In this document: piece by piece, positions 32,576 to 64,000 of the stretch
Numbering within the stretch: the stretch's first letter is position 1
Layout: each line of letters opens with the position of its first letter
Source: Macrostomum lignano
Taxonomy: Eukaryota
Assembly (NCBI GenBank): GCA_002269645.1
Contig: NIVC01003707.1
Coordinates: forward strand, 1 to 64,000
Direction of reading: 5' to 3'
DNA: 64,000 bases
Made by a program: the position numbers and the translations under genes
Notes under the pieces: generated by a model
Seen by the model: only the letters and a program-made list of their open reading frames with translations
Told to the model about the DNA's origin: nothing
The model's database searches: none

Positions 32576-34344
32576 AGCTACGTCTTGCTTTTCGATATGC
32601 GAAAGAACAATAAACTGGAAATGACGCCTAAAGGTCAGTCGCGGATGGTATTCTTGTTTAGAATATATTACAATAATTCGGTATCTGGATTGAATGGATA
32701 GCAAAACTTTTTATAGCAATAATTTGAATATTAAAACAAAACCATATGGCATAAATTTTGAAAATCAAAACTTTCAGAGTAAACTTAGTATAAATTCATG
32801 TTTTAAGGATGAACTTAACTCGAAAATGTTGTTTAAGAGAAGGAACGATCTTCTGTTATGATAAATTTAAACTTTAAATTCCTACATCGTGGACCGGTCA
32901 CAACTGGTTTGGCAAAACGTGAGGCGTTGACAATTATAAAAAACATCGAATAGAAAGGCCGTATGGTCTTTGTGCGTTATAAATTAAAAGCAGAATAAAA
33001 ATTAGACTGTTAATGTTTCTTCTACGCAGAGGAGCATGAATTTTATAATAGGTACTATTAATATTAGTTAGTAAATTGTTTGTAAGGGCTGTGTGGTATA
33101 TTTGAAAATTGTATCATAAAGACTTCAGTATTTAGAATTAATTTCTATATTTTACATTTTTACATTTTATTAATTCTTCTCTGCTTTTGAAACGAACAAT
33201 TTCTTAGTTGGAAAATGGTTACTGATGTTCCATTCAACTAATAAGTTCAATTCCACAACCGTTTCATAAAAATTAAATGCTGAAAAACATACAATTTAAA
33301 TTCTTTTTAAAAATTAAATAAGAATTAAAAGCACGAAAACTTAAAGCACTTTCTAATTTAAAATTCACATTCATTTTTGAAGTTCCCCTTTAACATATTA
33401 AATTATAGTTTAATAGATAGTTTAGTTCGGTCGATAAAATTTAATCCATATATTTTTGCTGATAGCTTCACTTTAGTTTTTAACAGTTGACCCAATAATT
33501 AAATTGCTTTTTATATTTTGCTTTCCACAAAAACCTTTAATCTTATTACTCCGCGACCAATACATTTAAAAAGAGCTATTTAAACTGAACCCATTGCTTC
33601 AACTTCTAATAAAAATTGTATTATGCAACAAAAATAAAATAGCTCGTGAAAATGACTCTTTCATATTACATTTACACTTACAAAAATTGCTTGCAAAATG
33701 CCTCGCTTGATTACTGATAGTAGAGCATGCAGAAAATGCTGCAAATGGGAAAGTTAAACTGCTTCTTTTTAAAAACCAGGTTAGCATTTGCCAAAACAAC
33801 TGAATGCTTTTACCAAAGTTGATTTTCAGTCACAACAGGCTGCCAGACCAGCAGAAATTCATTTCGATACCAGCTTACAAAATAGTGTACGTAAAGTAAC
33901 AAAAAAGTAAAAGAATTGCCTGATTTTTACGGAATATTTCTTCAATAAAAACGCGATTTTTAAACCTTGTTTCTCGTATGTAAAAGTACAAACGCATCAA
34001 CACGCGCCATTCGATTGCTCAATAAACATAAAATACCGATTGCGGATACGTATTAATCCCTGCCAACGCTCTTCGGACTTCCATTAACACATTTTGGGCA
34101 CCGGGGCAGGCACATTGTCCGCCATTCAGCCGATGTGCACGATTTATTCCGCCACTGAGCGCCTCTATACCTAGGATCACTTCCGCCAGAGGAAATTAAA
34201 AAAAACACGATAAAGATTCTGAGAATGAGGAGTCTAATGAGCATGAACTGCCTGTTGCCACCTTGTCATCACATTGGCTGCCTCGTGACAGCAGACTAGC
34301 AGCCCAGCTAGAAGACAAAACAGTCATGCCTGTTCCACTATCTA

Positions 34345-34403
34345 TCTATCTATCTATCTATTATCTATCTATCTATCCATCCATCTATCTATCTATCTAT
34401 TCG

Positions 34404-34489
<86 letters not shown>

Positions 34490-34517
34490 CCTATTTATCT
34501 ATCTATCTATCTATCTT

Positions 34518-34600
<83 letters not shown>
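34345..34600 (+). repeat. (TATC)n microsatellite
   Basis: Direct reading. Confidence 0.96.
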
Positions 34601-35484
34601 GATATAAACGGGATTATGTCCAATCTGAATAAAAAGACAACCTGAAGGCTTACAGGGTGCAAAGCCACCCTTAGCTTGACTTGGCAGCCAGACAGTCAGC
34701 CCAGACAGTTCGGTCTTCCCTCATTTCCAGCCGCTACCTCTCTCCTCCATCAGACCCGCCAGCTTCCCCGTCCACCACTTTTTCTCCCTCCCTTTCGCTT
34801 CCTGTTAACCCGAAGCTGCGAGCCCCCCCCCCCCCCGACCGGCCACCCGCCACCGCATCCTCGGTCCTGCGTCCTCGGGGTTGGCCCGAACCCCCCTGCT
34901 GCCCGGGCGGTGGGAAGAGTGGGAACCCGGGCGAGAGGGAAGAGACGTACGGACGGACAGACAGACGGACACAGACAGAGCAAAAGTACATATCAAGCGC
35001 GCATGCTCCAGCGCGATGTCACTCTGTCCCTCAGGGCTGTGTTCCTCGAAGCTCTCGCTCGTTCCCAAACAGGCCCGCCCGCTAGCAGCAGAAGTGTGGG
35101 TAGTGCCAGTTCTCAAGTCTGGGGGCAGACAGAGACAGGGACCAAACGCACTCTCACCCTGTGCCGCTCGCTTGGCTTCTCTGTACCCCCCTTCTCCAGC
35201 TGAGTTCCTGCAGCTGCTCTCTTACCCCACTCCCCTCTCTCTACCCCCTCTCGCTGGGAGAGACTCTGCGAGACTCTGACTCTCTTTTTCAGGCCTTCCT
35301 CTCTTCCCTGCCAATATTGGCTCAGCCGATCTTCCCGCAGATCAAGCCAGCATCCTCCGGTGCCTCTTCCATTCCTAAGCCATATATACCCAAAAGAACG
35401 CGACTGAGAGCTCACAGTCAAATAGACTGCCGATTCTCTCTCTCTCTCTCTCTCTCTCTGAACAAAGACAGTTACTCTGGCAGC

Positions 35485-53225
<17,741 letters not shown>

Positions 53226-53479
53226 GACGGCAACAGACGTCCTGTCCGAGGAAAAAACTGGCACTCCACAATATCAAAACGTGAATGACCTGCAAGACCT
53301 ATGCAGGTGTGATTTCTGCGCAACAACTGAGAACATTACAGCTTACATGTACTGTCCTTGCTCCCTATACCTGACACATTCAAGCATTATTCATTTGCGT
53401 CGCTTGTGTAACTTAACAATATTGCTTTTATGGGGGAATTCTGAGTCCCCTCTGAGAACTTTGACGCCCACCTGGCAAG

Positions 53480-54915
53480 AATAGCTATCAGACCCACCTG
53501 ACAAGAATAACTGTCAGACCCACTTGACAAGTATAACTGTCAGACCCACTTGACAAGTATAACTAACTGTCAGACCCACCTGACAAGAATAACTGTCAGA
53601 CCCACTTGACAAGTATAACTAACTGTCAGATCCACCTGACAAGTATAACTAACTATTAGACCCACCTGACAAGAATAACTGTCAGACCAACCTGACAAGA
53701 ATAACTACTGTCAGACCCACCTGACAAGAATAACTACTGTCAGACCCACCTGACAAGAATAACTACTGTCAGACCCACCTGACAAGAATAACTACTGTCA
53801 GACCAACCTGACAAGAATAACTACTGTCAGACCCACCTGACAAGAATAACTACTGTCAGACCCACCTGACAAGAATAACTACTGTCAGACCCACCTGACA
53901 AGAATAACTACTGTCAGATCCACTTGACAAGAATAACTACTGTCAGACCCACCTGACAAGAATAACTACTGTCAGACCCACCTGACAAGAATAACTACTG
54001 TCAGACCCACCTGACAAGAATAACTACTGTCAGACCCACCTGACAAGAATAACTACTGTCAGACCCACCTGACAAGAATAACTACTGTCAGATCCACTTG
54101 ACAAGAATAACTACTGTCAGACCCACCTGACAAGAATAACTACTGTCAGACCCACCTGACAAGAATAACTACTGTCAGACCCACCTGATAAGAATAACTA
54201 CTGTCAGACCCACCTGACAAGAATAACTACTGTCAGACCCACCTGACAAGAATAACTACTGTCAGACCCACCTGACAAGAATAACTACTGTCAGACCCAC
54301 CTGATAAGAATAACTACTGTCAGACCCACCTGATAAGAATAACTACTGTCAGACCCACCTCACAAGAATAACTACTGTCAGACCCACCTGACAAGAATAA
54401 CTACTGTCAGACCCACCTGACAAGAATAACTACTGTCAGACCCACCTGATAAGAATAACTACTGTCAGACCCACCTGACAAGAATAACTACTGTCAGACC
54501 CACCTGACAAGAATAACTACTGTCAGACCCACCTGACAAGAATAACTACTGTCAGACCCACCTGACAAGAATAACTACTGTCAGACCCACCTGATAAGAA
54601 TAACTACTGTCAGACCCACCTGACAAGAATAACTACTGTCAGACCCACCTGACAAGAATAACTACTGTCAGACCCACCTGATAAGAATAACTACTGTCAG
54701 ACCCACCTGACAAGAATAACTACTGTCAGACCCACCTGACAAGAATAACTACTGTCAGACCCACCTGACAAGAATAACTACTGTCAGACCCACCTGACAA
54801 GAATAACTACTGTCAGACCCACCTGATAAGAATAACTACTGTCAGACCCACCTGACAAGAATAACTACTGTCAGACCCACCTGACAAGAATAACTACTGT
54901 CAGACCCACCTGATA
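53480..54915 (+). repeat. 29-bp minisatellite (CAGACCCACCTGACAAGAATAACTACTGT)n, about 50 copies
   Basis: Direct reading; intergenic between the two convergent GPCR genes. Confidence 0.96.
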
Positions 54916-55499
54916 AAAAAACAGATTTTTTCTGAAAGCGTCACAATTTTACCCATACTGAGAAGTTTGGCTGGGCGGTCAGGATTGCGAACTTTGTAAC
55001 ATTTTCAACACCAGACCTCTAATTCACCTTGTTTAGCCACATTCACATCAGATAAGCACAAGCCCAGTGTCAGTTATATTATTTCATCCAATTAAAATGA
55101 ACAGACATTGTCAATTGCTACATTTTATGTTTTAAAATTATCTAAGCTGCCTCAGATTTATGAACTGTGTTTTTGACACCTGCTACGATAATATTTAATT
55201 AATTAATTAATCGAATTTTATTGTTCTGCTATATATAGCATTTGTAAAACTTTTAATTCGATAAAGTGATAAAAAATTGAAACCCGTTAGTCATATCTTT
55301 CCCAATCAATACTATCAGTGTGTTATCGAATTGACGTTCGGAGATATAGATGCCATAAGTTCCAAATCTTACTTATTTTATTGTTAATGAATTCATCGAT
55401 TAATTGAACCCAGATAAGGAATTAACAAAATCTAGCTGTCGAAACATTCAATGACGCAAAGGTTGAGAATCAGTTCAATGACTGCTAAAATCGTCGTCA

Positions 55500-56070
55500 G
55501 TTTGAGAGTCAGACAGTTGGAGAGTCAGAGAGTTGGAGAGTCAGACAGTTGGAGAGTCAGACAGTTGGAGAGTCAGACAGTTGGAGAGTCAGACAGTTGG
55601 AGAGTCAGACAGTTGGAGAGTCAGACAGTTGGAGAGTCAGACAGTTGGAGAGTCAGACAGTTGGAGAGTCAGACAGTTGGAGAGTCAGACAGTTGGAGAG
55701 TCAGATAGTCGGTGAGTCAGAGAGTCAGACAGTTGGAGAGTCAGATAGTCGGTGAGTCAGAGAGTCAGACAGTTGGAGAGTCAGATAGAGAGTCAGACAG
55801 TCAGTGAGTCTGACAGTCAGTGAGTCAGACAGTCGGTGAGTCAGACAGTCGGAGAGTCAGACAGTTGGAGAGTCAGATAGAGAGTCAGACAGTCAGTGAG
55901 TCAGACAGTCGGAGAGTCAGACAGTTGGAGAGTCAGATAGAGAGTCAGACAGTCAGTGAGTCTGACAGTCAGTGAGTCAGACAGTCGGTGAGTCAGACAG
56001 TCGGTGAGTCAGACAGTCGGTGAGTCAGACAGTCGGAGAGTCAGACAGTCGGAGAGTCAGACAGTTAGAG
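55500..56070 (+). repeat. 16-bp array (GAGAGTCAGACAGTTG)n reaching the stop codon of the minus-strand GPCR
   Basis: Direct reading. Confidence 0.93.
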
Positions 56071-59000
56071 AGTCGGCCTCGACCACCTCCGCCGCCGCCG
56101 CTGCCTCAACCGTCGCTCGACTGAACGGCATCGGCGATCGGTTCGTCGACGGCGGAGCCCCCCGCCGCGGCGTCAGCAGGATGGCTGCCTCGGCATCGCC
56201 GCCGGCGCCTTCTGGCTCGCCGCGGATGCCGAGGGCTCGCCGGCAGCCAACTGGAGCCCCCAGGGTGCGCAGCAGCTCCCTGCGGAACCGGCAGCTGAAC
56301 AGGCAGTAGGGCACGATGTTGATGGCGGAGTTGGCCACCACTAGCAGGTTGGAGATCTCCTGGGAGAGGCGGTTGGCCCAAAGAGGAATCGGGTTTTGAC
56401 TGATGAAGATTGGGAAATTTTCCTTTAATGACTGAAGGTAATCTGCACAGCCAATATTAAACACGCTTCCCAATCCCATTCCAATCCCATCCCAACCCAT
56501 CCCATCCCATCCCATCCCATCCCAACCCATCCCATCCCATCCGATCCGATCCGATCCGATCCGATCCGATCCGATCCCATCTCCATCCCATCCCATCTCC
56601 ATCCCATCCCATCCCATCCCATCCCATCCCATCCAATACCATCTCCATCCCATCCCATCCCATCCCATCTCCATCCCATCCCATCCCATCCCATCCAATA
56701 CCATCTCCATCCCTTCCCATCCCATATCATCCCATCCCATCTCATCAGATCCCATCCCATCCCATCCCATCCCATCCCAACCCATCCGATCACATCCAAT
56801 ACCATCTCATCCCCATCCAATCCCATCAGATCTCACCCCATCCCTTTTTATCCCATCCCATCTCATCAGATCCCATCCCATCCCATCCCATATCATCCCA
56901 TCCCATCCCATCCCATCCGATCAGATCTCACCCATCCCTTTTCATCCCATCCCACCCCCACCCCACACGGCATCCCACCTGGAACACATAGTTCGCCAGG
57001 TTGTCGTTCTCATCGCCGCCCTGACCGCTGCCTGCAGCCGCGATGCCGCTGCCCAGCCTCCGGGTGCTCCAGATGAAGTGGGTGACGGCGGCTGGGATCT
57101 GGCAGATGAAGAACAGCAGCACGACGCCAATCAGCATGACGGTGGTGTCGGTCCGGCAGCTGGCCGCAGTCGCCGAGTTGCCGTCGCCCAGCATCCTCTG
57201 CCGAGCCCGGCGTACAGCTCTGATGAGGCCGGCATTCATGACCGCCAGGCTGGCGAACGGGGCCAGCACTACCAGCAGCAGCCAGGCAACCAGGTGATAG
57301 TAGATCCGAAAACTCTCGGACTGTCCGAATGGCGAAGTGTGATACCAGAGCACGTCCGAGTTGCGGACTTGGAGGAACTGGTCGATGCGGGAGCGCCAGG
57401 AGGGCTCTCCGTAGCGCTGCTGGAACCGCAACTGCAGCTCGGCCAGGTCCGGATCGGTCAGGTTCCTCAGGTGAGCGGGCAGCTCTGGCCGCCACAGCGC
57501 CTCCTCGAATAGGCGAGGCAACGAATACAGAGTCGAGCCCAGGAACACCGAGGCGATGCAGCGGCCGGCGAGACGGCGACTGCAGAGGCGTTCGGCGAGG
57601 AACGGATGGCAGATCATCAGGTAGCGGTCTGCGGTGAAGGCCACCGTCAGCCACACCGAGGCCACCTGAGGGGGTCAATGGATGCTGGTTGCAGATCTGA
57701 TCTAATTTAATCTAATCTAATCTAATCTAATCTAATTCAATCTAATCTAATCTAATCTAATTCAATCTAATATAATCTACCGGCAATCTAATCTAATTTA
57801 ATTAAATCTAATCTAATCGAATCTAATTCAATCTAAACTAATCTAATCCAATCTAATTTAATCTAATTCAATCTAATCTAATCTACCGGTAATGTAATCT
57901 AATCTAATCTAATCTAATCTAATCCAATCTAATCTAATCTAATTTAAACTAATATAATTCAATCCAATCCAATCTAATCTAATTCCAATCGTATCTAATC
58001 TAATCTAATCTAATCTAATCTAATCTAATCTAATGTATTCTAATCTCATGTAACCTAATCTAATCTAGTCTCATTCAATCTAATGGCTAGACTAGCATGG
58101 CTAGACTACCAATCCATTCTATGCCAATTATCCTAGGTGTTGCATAGATTAGCAATCCATTCTATGCCAATTATCCTAGATGTTGCATAGATTAGCAATC
58201 CATTCTATGCCAATTATCCTAGATGTTGGCTAGATTAGCAATCCATTCTATGCCAATTATCCTAGATGTTGGCTAGATTAGCAATCCATTCTATGTCAAT
58301 TATCCTAGATGTTGCATAGATTAGCAACCCATTCTATGCCAATTATCCTAGATGTTGCATAGATTAGCAATCCATTCTATGCCAATTATCCTAGATGTTG
58401 GCTAGATTAGCGATCCATTCTATGCCAATTATCCTAGATGCTGGCTAGATTAGCAATCCATTCTATGCCAATTATCCTATATGTTGCATAGATTAGCAAT
58501 CCATTCTATGCCAATTATCCTAGATGTAGGCTAGATTAGCAATCCATTCTATGCCAATTATCCTAGATGTTGGCTAGATTAGCAATCCATTCTATGTCAA
58601 TTATCCTATATGTTGGCTAGATTTGCAATCCATTCTATGCCAATTATCCTAGATGCTGGCTAGATTAGCAACCCATTCTATGCCAATTATCCTAGATGTT
58701 GGCTAGATTAGCAATTCATTCTATGTCAATTATCCTAGATGTTGGCTAGATTAGCAATCCATTCTATGCCAATTATCCTAGATGTTGGCTAGATTAGCAA
58801 TCCATTCTATGTCAATTATCCTATATGTTGGCTAGATTTGCAATCCATTCTATGCCAATTATCCTAGATGTTGGCTAGATTAGCAATCCATTCTATGCCA
58901 ATTATCCTAGATGTTGGCTAGATTAGCAATCCATTCTATGCCAATTATCCTAGATGTTGGCTAGATTAGCAATCCATTCTATGCCAATTATCTTAGATGT

Positions 59001-62000
59001 TGCATAGATTAGCAATCCATTCTATGCCAATTATCCTAGATGTTGGCTAGATTAGCAACCCATTCTATGCCAATTATCCTAGATGTTGGCTAGATTAGCA
59101 ATCCATTCTATGCCAATTATCCAAGATGTTGCATAGATTAGCAATCCATTCTATGTCAATTATCCTAGATGTAGGCTAGATTAGCAATCCATTCTATGCC
59201 AATTATCCTAGATGTTGCATAGATTAGCAATCCATTCTATGCCAATTATCCTAGATGTTGGCTAGATTAGCAATCCATTCTATGCCAATTATCCTAGATG
59301 TTGGCTGGATTAGCAATCCATTCTATGCCAATTATCCTAGATGTTGCATAGATTAGCAATCCATTCTATGCCAATTATCCTAGATGTTGCATAGATTAGC
59401 AATCCATTCTATGCCAATTATCCTAGATGTTGCATAGATTAGCAATCCATTCTATGTCAATTATCCTAGATGTTGGCTAGATTAGCAATTCATTCTATGC
59501 CAATTATCTTAGATGTTGCATAGATTAGCAATCCATTCTATGCCAATTATCCTAGATGTTGGCTAGATTAGCAATCCATTCTATGCCAATTATCCTAGAT
59601 GTTGCATAGATTAGCAATCCATTCTATGCCAATTATCCTAGATGTTGCATAGATTAGCAATCCATTCTATGCCAATTATCCTAGATGTTGCATAGATTAG
59701 CAATCCATTCTATGCCAATTATCCTAGATGTTGGCTAGATTAGCAATCCATTCTATGCCAATTATCCTAGATGTTGCATAGATTAGCAATCCATTCTATG
59801 CCAATTATCCTAGATGTTGGCTAGATTAGCAATCCATTCTATGCCGATTATCCTAGATGTTGGCTAGATTAGCAACCCATTCTATGTCAATTATCCTAGA
59901 TGTAGGCTAGATTAGCAATTCATTCTATGCCAATTATCCTAGATGTAGGCTAGATTAGCAATCCATTCTATGTCAATTATCCTATATGTTGGCTAGATTA
60001 GCAACCCATTCTATGCCAATTATCCTAGATGTTGGCTAGATTAGCAATCCATTCTATGTCAATTATCCTATATGTTGGCTAGATTAGCAACCCATTCTAT
60101 GCTAATTATCCTAGATGTTGGCTAGATTAGCAATCCATTCTATGCCAATTATCCTAGATGTTGCATAGATTAGCAATCCATTCTATGCCAATTATCCTAG
60201 ATGTTGCATAGATTAGCAATCCATTCTATGTCAATTATCCTAGATGTTGCATAGATTAGCAATCCATTCTATGTCAATTATCCTATATGTTGGCTAGATT
60301 AGCAACCCATTCTATGCCAATTATCCTAGATGTTGGCTAGATTAGCAATCCATTCTATGCCAATTATCCTAGATGTTGCATAGATTAGCAATCCATTCTA
60401 TGTCAATTATCCTAGATGCTGGCTAGATTAGCAATTCATTCTATGCCAATTATCCTAGATGTAGGCTAGATTAGCAATCCATTCTATGCCAATTATCCTA
60501 GATGCTGGCTAGATTAGCAATCCATTCTATGCCAATTATCCTAGATGTTGGCTAGATTAGCAATCCATTCTATGCCAATTATCCTAGATGTAGGCTAGAT
60601 TTGCAATCCATTCTATGCCAATTATCCTATATGTTGGCTAGATTAGCAATTCATTCTATGCCAATTATCTTAGATGTTGCATAGATTAGCAATCCATTCT
60701 ATGCCAATTATCCTAGATGTTGGCTAGATTAGCAATCCATTCTATGCCAATTATCCTAGATGTTGGCTAGATTAGCAATCCATTCTATGCCAATTATCCT
60801 AGATGTTGCATAGATTAGCAATCCATTCTATGCCAATTATCTTAGATGTTGCATAGATTAGCAATCCATTCTATGTCAATTATCCTAGATGTTGGCTAGA
60901 TTAGCAATTCATTCTATGCCAATTATCTTAGATGTTGCATAGATTAGCAATCCATTCTATGCCAATTATCCTAGATGTTGGCTAGATTTGCAATCCATTC
61001 TATGCCAATTATCCTAGATGTTGCATAGATTAGCAATCCATTCTATGCCAATTATCCTAGATGTTGCATAGATTAGCAATCCATTCTATGCCAATTATCC
61101 TAGATGTTGGGTAGATTAGCAATCCATTCTATGCCAATTATCCTAGATGTTGGGTAGATTAGCAATCCATTCTATGCCAATTATCCTAGATGTTGGGTAG
61201 ATTAGCAACCCATTCTATGCCAATTATCCTAGATGTTGCATAGATTAGCAATCCATTCTATGCCAATTATCCTAGATGTTGCATAGATTAGCAATCCATT
61301 CTATGCCGATTATCCTAGATGTTGCATAGATTAGCAATCCATTCTATGCCGATTATCCTAGATGTTGCATAGATTAGCAATCCATTCTATGCCAATTATC
61401 CTAGAGGTTGTATAGATTAGCAATCCATTCTATGCCGATTATCCTAGATGTTGCATAGATTAGCAATCCATTCTATGCCAATTATCCTAGATGTTGCATA
61501 GATTAGCAATCCATTCTATGCCGATTATCCTAGATGTTGCATAGATTAGCAATCCATTCTATGCCAATTATCCTAGAGGTTGTATAGATTAGCAATCCAT
61601 TCTATGCCGATTATCCTAGATGTTGGCTAGATTTGCAATCCATTCTATGCCAATTATCCTAGATGTTGCATAGATTAGCAATCCATTCTATGCCAATTAT
61701 CCTAGATGTTGCATAGATTAGCAATCCATTCTATGCCAATTATCCTAGATGTTGGGTAGATTAGCAATCCATTCTATGCCAATTATCCTAGATGTTGGGT
61801 AGATTAGCAATCCATTCTATGCCAATTATCCTAGATGTTGGGTAGATTAGCAACCCATTCTATGCCAATTATCCTAGATGTTGCATAGATTAGCAATCCA
61901 TTCTATGCCAATTATCCTAGATGTTGCATAGATTAGCAATCCATTCTATGCCGATTATCCTAGATGTTGCATAGATTAGCAATCCATTCTATGCCGATTA

Positions 62001-63726
62001 TCCTAGATGTTGCATAGATTAGCAATCCATTCTATGCCAATTATCCTAGAGGTTGTATAGATTAGCAATCCATTCTATGCCGATTATCCTAGATGTTGCA
62101 TAGATTAGCAATCCATTCTATGCCAATTATCCTAGATGTTGCATAGATTAGCAATCCATTCTATGCCAATTATCCTAGATGTTGGGTAGATTAGCAATGA
62201 TTTGAGTCAGTTTGTCGCGGAATTAGGCATACATATCCTAACCCTAACCCTAAGCCTGAATAATGGTATAAATAGAAAGTCTTACAGATGCACGGCAGCT
62301 CGAGACAAAGTCTTGCCAAGACTGGCCCGCCTATTCACCCAGCTGCATCAAATTTCCCCTAGAAGAAGCAGACTGTTATAGCAGAGCCTGGCAAAGCCTC
62401 ACTCGAGAGCAGCGGGGAATTACCAGTTCCCTGCTCAGATTATAACATATATAGATGCATAAGCTTGGGAAAATGATATTAATGAGCATTTTGGGACAAT
62501 TAATTATCAGTAAGGGAATAGACACAGGATTTTTTTCCCGAAAAACAGGCAGAAGGCCGAGAGAGCGCCCCCCAGAGAAATGCAGACGGGCTGCTTGTGA
62601 GTCCCTTGATCGGGAAAATACAAAAACAAAATTATCAAAAATGTCTGTTTGTCATTTGACATTCGAAACGAATACTGACGGCAAAAAACACACGTAATCT
62701 GCGCTGCATATTACTTGCACAAGTGTTTTGCCTGCATTTCACCGTAACATCTCATCCATCAGCTTCCAATCCCATCCCATCTTATCCAATCCCATCCCAT
62801 CCCATCTTATCCCATCCCAATCCATCCCATCTCATCCCATCCCATCCCATCTCACCCCATCCCATCCCATCCCATCCCATCTCATCTTATCCCATCCCAA
62901 TCCATCCCATCTCATCCCATCCCATCCCATCTCACCCCATCCCATCCCATCTTATCCCATCCCAATCCATCTCATCCCATCCCATCCCATCCCATCTCAC
63001 CCCATCCCATCCCATCTTATCCAATCCCATCCCATCCCATCTTATCCCATCCCAATCCATCCCATCTCATCCCATCCCATCCCATCTCACCCCATCCCAT
63101 CCCATCCCATCCCATCTCATCTTATCCCATCCCAATCCATCCCATCTCATCCCATCCCATCCCATCTCACCCCATCCCATCCCATCTTATCCCATCCCAA
63201 TCCATCTCATCCCATCCCATCCCATCCCATCTCACCCCATCCCATCCCATCTTATCCAATCCCATCCCATCCCATCTTATCCCATCCCAATCCATCCCAT
63301 TCCAATCCCATCCCAACCCATCCCATCCCATCCCATCCCATCCCATCCCATCCCATCCCATCCCATCCCATCCCATCCCACCTTCACCTGGAACAGCAGG
63401 TTGAGCGCATGAGAGTAGATGTATAGGTGCGGCATCCAGCGGGAGTCCCGCCACACCATGTACTCGGGCTGGTCGTGCTGCGCCCTGGTGTCCTTCAGAA
63501 AGACGAGCAGCGACATGAGCAGCACGCAGGTGTCAGCGAAGGTCAGCGCAATCAGGTACAAATTAGTATTGCTAATCCGCATGCACCTCTTGCCGAGCAC
63601 GCTCAGTGACAGGAGATTAGCGATGAGGCCGATGCAGCACAGGCTAGTCCCAGCGCAGCCGACCAGGTAGAAGGAGATGGTCCTGGCTCGAATCACCGCT
63701 TCCTGAGACTCGCCAGCGCCTTCCAT
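56057..63726 (-). CDS. Rhodopsin-class peptide GPCR, FMRFamide-receptor-like. Exons 63726-63388, 57665-56979, 56359-56057
   Basis: TM1 GLIANLLSLSVL; TM2 TNLYLIALTFADTCVLL; TM3 SVWLTVAFTADRYLMICHPF; TM6 TTVMLIGVVLLFFICQIPA; TM7 SNLLVVANSAINIVPYCLFSCRFRREL. Two phase-0 GT-AG introns. The N-terminus is very short, so an upstream exon may exist. Confidence 0.88.
56470..56965 (+). repeat. (ATCCC)n pentamer array in intron 2 of the peptide GPCR
   Basis: Direct reading. Confidence 0.93.
57700..58085 (+). repeat. (ATCTA)n pentamer array
   Basis: Direct reading. Confidence 0.92.
58105..62195 (+). repeat. 43-bp satellite (GATTAGCAATCCATTCTATGCCAATTATCCTAGATGTTG[CA/GC]TA)n, about 95 copies, in intron 1 of the peptide GPCR
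   Basis: Unit length counted from the sequence; no spacers between units. Confidence 0.97.
62750..63380 (+). repeat. (ATCCC)n pentamer array in intron 1 of the peptide GPCR, next to the donor
   Basis: Direct reading. Confidence 0.94.
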
Positions 63727-63844
63727 TCCGACTCTTCAGCGATGGCCTGCAATGCTTGACGCCTTGGCGGCTTTTTATCATGGCGCAGGGACCAATGGGA
63801 AGAGGATTAGCAGTATTGGCTGGTCATGAGAATAGCGTGCCGAA

Positions 63845-64000
63845 TGCTGAGCTCACCCCTAGCCTTCACTCTCACCCATACCCTTCACTCTCACCCATAG
63901 CCTTCACTCTCAACTCTACCCTTTACTCTCACCTCTACACTTTACTCTCACCCCTACCCTTCACTCTCACCCCTACCCTTCACTCTCACCCCTAGCCTTC
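63845..64000 (+). repeat. About 19-bp array (CCTTCACTCTCACCCCTAG)n, runs off the window end
   Basis: Direct reading. Confidence 0.85.

Noticed and set aside
34676-35421. Overlapping GC-rich ORFs upstream of the GPCR ATG
   Set aside because: No recognisable protein; consistent with promoter/5' UTR sequence. The signal peptide begins at 35485.
53480-54915. 29-bp repeat of CRISPR direct-repeat length
   Set aside because: Head-to-tail tandem copies without spacers; an ordinary minisatellite.
58105-62195. CRISPR-like array (regular period of about 43 bp)
   Set aside because: Units are contiguous with no unique spacers, there are no cas genes, and the context is a eukaryotic intron.

Overview
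Eukaryotic (animal) genomic DNA with spliced genes and very dense tandem repeats. The repeat-filled introns and GC-rich exons suggest a free-living flatworm such as Macrostomum; this is an inference, not verified. Contents from left to right: (1) the 3' part of a + strand gene (about 108-7916, 5' end outside the window) for a large single-pass adhesion-type protein with Cys-rich repeats, REJ-like, GPS-like, mucin-stalk, SEA and TM regions, carrying three single-base frameshifts in one exon; (2) a GC-rich exon-like island flanked by inverted 14-bp arrays (about 12 kb); (3) an orphan single-TM ORF (15093-15758); (4) a complete 10-exon AASS gene on the minus strand (25237-32575); (5) a divergently oriented 10-exon GPR158/GPR179-like class C GPCR on the plus strand (35485-53225); (6) in intron 2 of that gene, a full-length Ty3/Gypsy (Mag-like) LTR retrotransposon (38742-43612) with apparently identical 228-bp LTRs, inserted in a (GACA)n microsatellite, whose integrase ends in about 27 GQPA/GEPA repeats; (7) a convergent FMRFamide-receptor-like peptide GPCR on the minus strand (56057-63726) with a 4-kb 43-bp satellite in its first intron. 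From about 12 kb onward, most large introns and intergenic gaps are filled by their own distinct tandem repeat. Most long ORFs in the supplied track are artefacts of these repeats. No rRNA, tRNA or CRISPR array was found.
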